Source: a bacterium (GTDB lineage Bacteria; 4484-113; JAFGCY01). Taken from it: DNA of 64,000 nt. Shown in pieces: positions 57,978 through 64,000 of this stretch. Every line of letters starts with the position of its first letter. Position 1 is the stretch's first letter. The position numbers and the translations under genes are program-made. The stretch is taken from assembly GCA_020440645.1 (NCBI GenBank), contig JAGRNR010000009.1:5092-69091 (forward strand), read 5' to 3'. The notes under the pieces are model-generated. The model saw only the letters and a program-made list of their open reading frames with translations. It made no database searches and was not told the origin of the DNA.

Positions 57978-60308
57978 ATGGGACAGAAACTTCTGAGCTG
58001 GCTTGCGCGGTGCAGCGCGCTAGCCCTTCTGCTCGCTGGCTGCAGCAATGACAGCGGCAATGCATGGAAACAGAGCGCACAGAATACTGCGAATGCCAGG
58101 CCACCCGTGGCGGGAGAGATCCGTTACCAGCCGCGCAGCATGGTTGAGATCGCCAGTCTGCTGGATGAGCTGCCTGTCCAGGACATGACTGAGGAGCAGC
58201 AGGATGCACTGGCCTTCATCCGCGCCACCGATGCAGATGACGTTGATGGGATCAGGCAGCTGCTTGCGGATGGCCGGGATGCCGCCGCGCAGGTTGGCGA
58301 TGTGACGGCGCTGCACTTCGCCGTACGCAATGGCAATAGCCGGATCATCAAACTGCTGCTGGATGCGGATGACAACCGCGACTACGGACTGCCCGGCGGT
58401 GACGAGCTGACGATGGAACTGGCCTGCCGGGGCATGGATGACAAGGTGCTGGCGGTACTTGTCGAGAATGGCCTGCAGATCAGTTATACGAATTCAGATG
58501 ACTGGAGAATCCAGGACCTGGATTATTCGTCCAACCCGCAGATGCTGGATTATCTGCTTGCAGACAGGCCTGAGGACTACGTCTTTGCCGAGATGATCAG
58601 GAAGGCCTGCTTCAGCTCCAACCCTGATTATCTGCGTCACATGCTGGTCCGCTTTGGCGACATCCGGAAGGAGCCGTTCATGTTTGACGATGCATTGCAC
58701 AACACAGAAATGATGCAGGTGATGATTGACAAGGGCCTTACGATTGAACTTCGGGAATCCAGCATGAAGTATGAGGACGATAAGAATCCACGAAACGTAG
58801 TGGGTAGCTTAGCGCTCAGTGAAGCATTGACGTCAATCATTTCTCCAGGGAAGTACCCCCGCGCCATCCCGGAGATTCCTGCACGCTCCTCAAGTGTTGC
58901 TGAGATACTGCAATTCCTGCATGCTAACGGTGCTCAGTTCGATGCAGCCGGTGAGAAGCATCAGCCCTGGGTCAACCAGATTCTAATGACACCAGACTTG
59001 GAAATCATGCTGTCAATGAAAGACCTTGGCTACGACATCATCGCCTGGGCGAAGCAGGATGACGGCTTTAGTGAATCTCTGGCCTACTTCTGCGGTGCCG
59101 TTGAATATGGGGAGCGGCATCCGGAACTGAGTGCTGCGGAAGTACTTGACCAGCTGCAGTCCCTGGGCATCGACATCAGGCAGGAAAGCATCGCCCTACA
59201 TCTGATGTTGACTTCCATGGAAGCCGGCAATGAGGAAATCATGGCTGAGCTGTTGAGCCGCGGTGTGCCTGTCAGTCTGGCCATGGCTGCTGCGATGGGC
59301 GACGTGGATTCTGTTGGCAAACTGTATGCAGCGGCCGGGGATACCGAGAGAACGAATGCGGCTGGCTACGCTGCCCGGTTTGGGCATTCTGATGTGTTCG
59401 AGCTGCTTGTCAGCCTAGGCGCGGAGATTGAATTGGCTGACATGCTGAGGATGGACAGGGCGGACCTGCTGGAGTCCGAGCTGGAATCCGGCCGGGATCC
59501 TGACGACCTGCTGGATGAGAGTCTGGCCGGGATCCCTCCACTGATGATGATCACGGATGAACCAGTATATGCAACAGCATTGCAGCAAGCCTGCGCCTCA
59601 AATGATGCATCTGTTGTCAGACTGTTGATTGAACATGGTGCCGCAGTGCAGCGGGACACTGAAAGCGGCACACTGCTGCCATTGCTTATGCGGATATGCA
59701 TGAAAGAGGATTCCGCTGCCGCGCTGGAAGTTCTACTTGATGATGGCATTCTCTCTTCGGCGGAAAGTTACGGCAAGGCCATCGACCATGCCTTCCTGTC
59801 CGGCAGTTTCGCCTGTGCAGCGCTGCTGATGGATCTTGCCCCGGCGGACTGGCAGGACTGGTCATTGTCCGATCCCGCTCGCAGCTATGCTGACAACTTC
59901 CCGGTAGCGGATGCAGGGCAGATCGATATACTCAAGGGCCTTGCAGCGGATGGCGGGCAGATGGACACGGTCAACCTCGGATTGCTGACGGAACTCAGCC
60001 AGTTAGCTGCCAACCATGATGCGTACAATGTCTATGGAGAGGCCCAGCCTGTCGCCAACATTCAGAATGTGCGCCTGTGGCTGGAAGCAGGGGCGGATCC
60101 TAATGCAAATGATGGCCCATCCAGCCCGCTGAATGACAGCAGCAATGGCGTAATGGAGCTTGCCGTGCGCAGTGGCAATGCGGAGCTGCTAAGCCTGCTT
60201 GTCGAATATGGCGGCTCTATGCCTCCCGCCAGCGAACTGGCGCCTTTGCTGCTGAAGGATTACCTACTCGGTGAGATCAGGCTGAGCTACGGTTCCCTGC
60301 AGTACTGA
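57978..60308 (+). CDS. Ankyrin-repeat lipoprotein (776 aa)
   Basis: MGQKLLSWLARCSALALLLAGCSND (lipobox). ANK repeats VTALHFAVRNGNSRIIKLLLDA, AAGYAARFGHSDVFELLVSLGAEI and TALQQACASNDASVVRLLIEHGA. Confidence 0.85.
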   Translation: MGQKLLSWLARCSALALLLAGCSNDSGNAWKQSAQNTANARPPVAGEIRYQPRSMVEIASLLDELPVQDMTEEQQDALAFIRATDADDVDGIRQLLADGRDAAAQVGDVTALHFAVRNGNSRIIKLLLDADDNRDYGLPGGDELTMELACRGMDDKVLAVLVENGLQISYTNSDDWRIQDLDYSSNPQMLDYLLADRPEDYVFAEMIRKACFSSNPDYLRHMLVRFGDIRKEPFMFDDALHNTEMMQVMIDKGLTIELRESSMKYEDDKNPRNVVGSLALSEALTSIISPGKYPRAIPEIPARSSSVAEILQFLHANGAQFDAAGEKHQPWVNQILMTPDLEIMLSMKDLGYDIIAWAKQDDGFSESLAYFCGAVEYGERHPELSAAEVLDQLQSLGIDIRQESIALHLMLTSMEAGNEEIMAELLSRGVPVSLAMAAAMGDVDSVGKLYAAAGDTERTNAAGYAARFGHSDVFELLVSLGAEIELADMLRMDRADLLESELESGRDPDDLLDESLAGIPPLMMITDEPVYATALQQACASNDASVVRLLIEHGAAVQRDTESGTLLPLLMRICMKEDSAAALEVLLDDGILSSAESYGKAIDHAFLSGSFACAALLMDLAPADWQDWSLSDPARSYADNFPVADAGQIDILKGLAADGGQMDTVNLGLLTELSQLAANHDAYNVYGEAQPVANIQNVRLWLEAGADPNANDGPSSPLNDSSNGVMELAVRSGNAELLSLLVEYGGSMPPASELAPLLLKDYLLGEIRLSYGSLQY

Positions 60309-60317
60309 GCCTTTCGC

Positions 60318-60530
60318 CTAGTCTTCCTTCGCCGCTTCCAGCTTGCGCAGGCGGATGTCCATTTCCGCGATCTGCTCGCGCATCTGCAGCAGCAGGTCGG
60401 CGGCGTTCGAGATGCCCTCGCCGAGTTTCTGGCAGTAGTCCTTGATGCGTTCGATGTCGGCGCGCTGGCCCTCGAGGCTGTCCTCGCCGAGCTCGACGCC
60501 GTCCGGGTCCTTGTGGTCCTGTTCGCTCAT
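60318..60530 (-). CDS. Small acidic coiled-coil protein (70 aa), unknown function
   Basis: GGAG lies 5 nt before the ATG at 60530. Heptad-like C-terminus LLLQMREQIAEMDIRLRKLEAAKED. Confidence 0.55.
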   Translation of the reverse strand: MSEQDHKDPDGVELGEDSLEGQRADIERIKDYCQKLGEGISNAADLLLQMREQIAEMDIRLRKLEAAKED

Positions 60531-60544
60531 ATGTGCTCCAGTGG

Positions 60545-60573
60545 CCGCCCGCCGCAGCGCGCACGACGGGCGG
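60545..60573 (-). terminator. GC hairpin (ccgcccg, 15 nt, cgggcgg) after the M28 peptidase gene; no U-tract
   Basis: A 7-bp inverted repeat read directly, 31 nt after the stop at 60604. Confidence 0.25.
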
Positions 60574-60603
60574 AGGGATAGGTTAGCAGACGCCCCGCCG
60601 GAC

Positions 60604-62484
60604 CTAGCCGCGGCCCTTCAGCTCAGCGCTGAGCGTGAGCTCTGCCCCGTCGCGCACCACCACGAGCTCCACCACATCGCCGGGCTTGTGCTCCTCCAGC
60701 GCGTAGGTGAAGTCGTAGATGTTGCGGATCACGGCGTCGCCAAGCTTCACCAGCCGGTCACCGGCCTGCAGGCCGGCCTCGCTTGCCGGGCTGTTCTGGC
60801 GAACTCCGGCCAGCAGCACACCGTCGCCACCGAGGTAGCTGTAATCCGGGATCGTGCCGAGGCTGACCTTGTAGCCGCGCCCGGTGTCCACCTCGCCGGA
60901 GCCCTGGCGGTTGATCTGCGGTGAGAGGTCCTCGGTGAAGGTCAGCTTGCCGTCCAGCGCGTTGAGTTCGTCAATCACGCCGCTGACAATCCCGACCACC
61001 TGCAGCGCCCCCTCGTAGTTCAGCAGGTCAGCGGTGTCCGCCGGGGTGTGGTACTGCTCGTGCAGGCCGGAGAAGAAATTCAGCACCGGCAGCTGCTTGG
61101 TGTAGAAGGCGGTGTAGTCACTGCCGCCCACGCCGTCGTCAAAGCGCTTGACTTCAAGCCCGCTGGCAGCGGAGGCACTGTCGAGGATGCCGGCCCATTC
61201 CTCCGCACTGCCCAGCCCCTGCACGGTGATCACCTGGTCCTTCACGCGGCCGATCATGTCCATGTTGAGCATCGCCACGCAGTTGTCGAGCGGCACCGTG
61301 GCATTGCGCACGTAGTGCAGCGAGCCGAGGATGCCGAGCTCCTCACCACTGAAGCAGATGAACAGGATGCTGCGGCGGCTGCCATGCTCGGAGAAGTGCC
61401 GCGCCAGTTCGAGCACGCCGGCGGTGCCGCTGGCGTTGTCATCCGCGCCGTGGTGGATCCGGTCATGCCAGTCCAGCGCGTTGAGTTCCTCAGGTGTGAG
61501 AGAGGTACGGGCCTCGCCATGGCCGAGGTGGTCATAATGCGCGCCGACCACGATGTACTCATCGGGCAGCTCGCTGCCGCGCAACAGGCCGACCACGTTG
61601 TCAGTCTTGCTGAAGGTGCGCTCGAGGTCAGTGTTGAGTTCCACCGTCAGGTAGCTCATGTCCAGGGTCTGCGGCATTAGCTCCGTATCCATTGTGTCCT
61701 GCATCTTCCCCAGGTCACCTTCCCAGAATGTCATCAGCTCCTGCAGGCGCCCGGCCTTGAGCTGCACCACCGGGATCGGCGCCTCGCCGTACACATCGCC
61801 GCTGCCAAGTTCCATCAGCGGGTCGCCCGGCTCCGCCAACCTATCATTCGGGCCGCTGACGACCACCAGCGCCGCGACCCCGTGGCGGTAGGCATTCTGC
61901 GCCTTGTAGCGCAGGTCGCCGTAATGTGACATCCGCCTGCCGGCAAACATCGCCTCGTCATCGGTCTGTGGCTCATGGCGCAGCACGGCGACGATCTTGC
62001 CCTTCACATCGAGGCCTTCGTAGTCGTCATAGCCGAAGTCCTCGGCGGTGATGCCGTAGCCTACGAAGATGATGCCGCTCGCGACCTGGCCGTCCGGGCA
62101 GAAGTGCAGCGGGGTCCAGTCCTTGCCGAGCTCCCATGCGGTGTTCTGGCCATGCGCGCCCCACTGGGCGGAGTTGCCATCCCCGAGCACCACGCCGCTG
62201 GTGAAGTCGAAGGGCTGCATGAAGCTGCCGTCAACACCGGCCGGTTCCAGCCCGCAGTCGATGAAGATGTCGGCGATGTAATGCGCCGCCTTTTCACCCC
62301 CGGGCGTGCCGCTCATGCGCCCTTCCAGCTCGTCGCTGGAGAGGTATTCGACTGCCTCGCGGTAGCGCAGCTCGTCGAAGGCGGCGGATGCACGGATGCT
62401 CGCCGCAAGCAGCAGCATCGTACACAGCAGGGTCAGCGCATTGAATGAAACTCGCATAGCCATACCTCGGACCAGTTGGTCCAC
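60604..62484 (-). CDS. Secreted M28-family metallopeptidase with a PA domain and a C-terminal PDZ domain
   Basis: GAHYDHLGHG, DDNASGTAGVLELARHF and FSGEELGILGSLHYV (M28 metal ligands). PDZ motif GVLLAGVRQNSPASEAGLQAGDRLVKLGD. TATAAT lies 7 nt before the GTG at 62484. Confidence 0.9.
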   Translation of the reverse strand: MDQLVRGMAMRVSFNALTLLCTMLLLAASIRASAAFDELRYREAVEYLSSDELEGRMSGTPGGEKAAHYIADIFIDCGLEPAGVDGSFMQPFDFTSGVVLGDGNSAQWGAHGQNTAWELGKDWTPLHFCPDGQVASGIIFVGYGITAEDFGYDDYEGLDVKGKIVAVLRHEPQTDDEAMFAGRRMSHYGDLRYKAQNAYRHGVAALVVVSGPNDRLAEPGDPLMELGSGDVYGEAPIPVVQLKAGRLQELMTFWEGDLGKMQDTMDTELMPQTLDMSYLTVELNTDLERTFSKTDNVVGLLRGSELPDEYIVVGAHYDHLGHGEARTSLTPEELNALDWHDRIHHGADDNASGTAGVLELARHFSEHGSRRSILFICFSGEELGILGSLHYVRNATVPLDNCVAMLNMDMIGRVKDQVITVQGLGSAEEWAGILDSASAASGLEVKRFDDGVGGSDYTAFYTKQLPVLNFFSGLHEQYHTPADTADLLNYEGALQVVGIVSGVIDELNALDGKLTFTEDLSPQINRQGSGEVDTGRGYKVSLGTIPDYSYLGGDGVLLAGVRQNSPASEAGLQAGDRLVKLGDAVIRNIYDFTYALEEHKPGDVVELVVVRDGAELTLSAELKGRG

Positions 62485-62491
62485 GGCTGCG

Positions 62492-62497
62492 ATTATA
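62492..62497 (-). promoter_or_regulatory. -10 box TATAAT, 7 nt upstream of the GTG at 62484 (leaderless configuration)
   Basis: The minus strand reads TATAAT cgcagcc GTG. Confidence 0.45.
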
Positions 62498-62564
62498 CAA
62501 TGCGCGCAAAGGCGGAAGGCCGATTCTGACTGAATGAATCGCTTATTCGTGAATCAATGGACGA

Positions 62565-62861
62565 TCACGCGACGGCTTCGCGGCCATCCGGCTGGAAGGC
62601 CCGCACCCCGGCCACACGCTCCAGGATGTTGCGGCAGAAGCATTCCACGAGCCAGTCCTCGCCCAGCTCGACATCCGCCTGCGACACCGTGAGCTGCGTG
62701 GATACGCGCGTCCAGCCGAGGTCTATCATCCAGCCGATGCGAAACTCCCCGCGCCGGCCATTGAAGGCCGCCCCGAGGCATTCGATGCGCTGGACCTCGA
62801 CGATTTCCTCAGTCATTACGGCACTTGTCTTTTGTGCCAGTTCCTCGAAAATTCCCAGCAT
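62565..62861 (-). CDS. Hypothetical small cytoplasmic protein (98 aa)
   Basis: Clean ORF. TAGTCT lies 6 nt before the ATG at 62861. No recognisable motif. Confidence 0.5.
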   Translation of the reverse strand: MLGIFEELAQKTSAVMTEEIVEVQRIECLGAAFNGRRGEFRIGWMIDLGWTRVSTQLTVSQADVELGEDWLVECFCRNILERVAGVRAFQPDGREAVA

Positions 62862-62867
62862 GCCAGC

Positions 62868-62873
62868 AGACTA
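62868..62873 (-). promoter_or_regulatory. Weak -10-like TAGTCT, 6 nt upstream of the ATG at 62861
   Basis: The minus strand reads TAGTCT gctggc ATG. Confidence 0.3.
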
Positions 62874-62948
62874 GCACTGCCGGAGCTGACCGTTAATACT
62901 GTTCACCGGGGATTGGCCGGGATTTGGCAATAGTTCAACCCGGCGCGC

Positions 62949-63620
62949 TCAGGGACGCGGCTTGTCAACCGGCTGTCCACGGTCCGGGCCGGGATCGGCC
63001 TTCTGCTCGCGCGCTTCTGCTGCCGCAGTGGCCGCCATTTCCGCCTTGCCCAGCGGCTCAAGCGGCACTTTCGGGCTGTCAATCGTCAGACCGGTGCGCG
63101 CCTCGAAGGAAGCTTCATCCAGCCAGCGCAGCTGCCAGTCCACGGCGCCATTGAACTCCGGGGGCAGCGCCGGCGGGCCGCCGACGAACAGGATGCTCGT
63201 GATGCGGTCCTCGCTGCGCAGCGAGGCGTGGAAATCCTCCGGGCTTTCCTGCCCGGCGATATGCAGGCTGCCCTCCAGCTTGAGGCGCTCGCCGATATGC
63301 GTCATCTGCAGGAACAGGTTGCCATGCCCGGTCTGCTTCGCATTGGTGTGCACGATCCAGCCGCGGGACTCGAAGCCGTCCGTCGGGTCCATCGGCACGC
63401 TGACCAGGTGCCTGCCGTCCACATGCGGCAGGAGCAGGCCGAAGCCGGTGGTCATCTCACTGTCGTCGACGTATTCCTCGACGATGAACAGCTGGCTGCC
63501 GACCAGCTTGCCGTCCTCATCGAGGCCGGCCAGCTCGAAGTAGCCCTGCTCGGGGTACTCGCAGGAACACAGCCCGCACAGCAGCATCAGAATCGCAGTT
63601 GAAAGGATGAAAGCCCGCAC
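62949..63620 (-). CDS. Lipoprotein of unknown function (223 aa)
   Basis: MRAFILSTAILMLLCGLCSC. TACAAT lies 6 nt before the GTG at 63620. Confidence 0.65.
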   Translation of the reverse strand: MRAFILSTAILMLLCGLCSCEYPEQGYFELAGLDEDGKLVGSQLFIVEEYVDDSEMTTGFGLLLPHVDGRHLVSVPMDPTDGFESRGWIVHTNAKQTGHGNLFLQMTHIGERLKLEGSLHIAGQESPEDFHASLRSEDRITSILFVGGPPALPPEFNGAVDWQLRWLDEASFEARTGLTIDSPKVPLEPLGKAEMAATAAAEAREQKADPGPDRGQPVDKPRP

Positions 63621-63626
63621 AGCGCG

Positions 63627-63632
63627 ATTGTA
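63627..63632 (-). promoter_or_regulatory. -10 box TACAAT, 6 nt upstream of the GTG at 63620 (leaderless configuration)
   Basis: The minus strand reads TACAAT cgcgct GTG. Confidence 0.45.
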
Positions 63633-63673
63633 ACTCAGCGCCGACGGGCTTTCGGTTTTCGGTCAGTTTTTGC

Positions 63674-64000
63674 CTAGTTGTCGATCACCTTGCGTACATG
63701 CTCGACCCAGTACTTGGTGGGCAGGATGTCGCCGGTGTCCTCCAGGGCATACAGGTCAATCTTCAGCAGGTCGCCGGCGAGGATGTCATCCGGGTTGAGC
63801 TTGCCTTCGGTGTCATTGATCTTGTCCCGGAACTCAAAGGGCGTGAACTCGGTGAAGTAGACCACCACGTCATTGGGCAGCGGCTTCTCGGTCTCACCGA
63901 CTTCCACAATCGCATTCGTGAGGAAGATCAGGCCGTTTTGGCTGTCGAAACCGGTCACCGTACCCTCGATCTCGATCTCGGGGCGGCTTTCGTAGGCATC
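63674..64000 (-). CDS. Hypothetical protein; the 5' end probably lies beyond the window
   Basis: Track ORF 63674..63958. The same frame stays open to base 64000 (DAYESRPEIEIEGT before VTGFDSQ), so the true start is undetermined. Confidence 0.5.
   Translation of the reverse strand, partial: DAYESRPEIEIEGTVTGFDSQNGLIFLTNAIVEVGETEKPLPNDVVVYFTEFTPFEFRDKINDTEGKLNPDDILAGDLLKIDLYALEDTGDILPTKYWVEHVRKVIDN

Noticed and set aside
1-64000. Looked for CRISPR arrays, rRNA/tRNA genes, IS elements, prophage genes, toxin-antitoxin pairs and known defence-system hallmarks
   Set aside because: I saw no regularly spaced direct repeats, no tRNA-like T-arm/anticodon structures, and no transposase, integrase, nuclease or helicase signatures in any frame I read. 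Absence is by eye only and should be confirmed with tRNAscan, Infernal, ISEScan and DefenseFinder-type tools.

Overview
GC-rich bacterial chromosomal window; the taxon cannot be called from the sequence alone. It holds about 55 protein genes and no rRNA, tRNA, CRISPR array, transposase or integrase that I can see. Content from left to right: a PKD/CocE-NonD hydrolase lipoprotein (partial), a secreted ankyrin-repeat protein, two orphan MacB/FtsX-type ABC permeases, an MscS channel, deoC, and an exopolysaccharide locus at 10.1-20.8 kb. That locus has a processive GT2 synthase with a QRRRW motif, a CE4 deacetylase, TIM-barrel hydrolase-like proteins, a TM-anchored HEAT-repeat protein, an unknown 498-aa membrane-anchored partner and an atypical stand-alone receiver. 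Next come a motA-motB-lipoprotein-fliL-like-NHL lipoprotein cluster, a PP2C phosphatase and plsY. Then follows a split, highly derived complex I-like locus (28.0-43.4 kb), four tandem paralogous PKD/PPC lipoproteins (one carrying an in-frame TAA), a 1223-aa S8 protease lipoprotein, a beta-propeller protein, a second ankyrin lipoprotein and an M28-PA-PDZ peptidase. The strongest candidate for something new is the complex I-like module. Its NuoB homologue contains no cysteine, so no N2 cluster ligands. Its NuoD homologue lacks both the quinone-ligand His/Tyr and the hydrogenase NiFe cysteines. NuoE/F/G/I/N are absent from the window. Two unknown membrane proteins are translationally coupled into the NuoI position. 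The antiporter-like L and M subunits keep their charged proton-path residues. A second, window-wide signal is a TAnnnT -10 hexamer placed 6-8 nt from the start codon of at least ten genes, which suggests leaderless mRNAs. It corrects several over-extended ORF-track starts and supports one 36-codon ORF missing from the track. Many long ORFs in the track are Arg/Gly/Ala-rich antisense shadows of real genes and are not reported as features.
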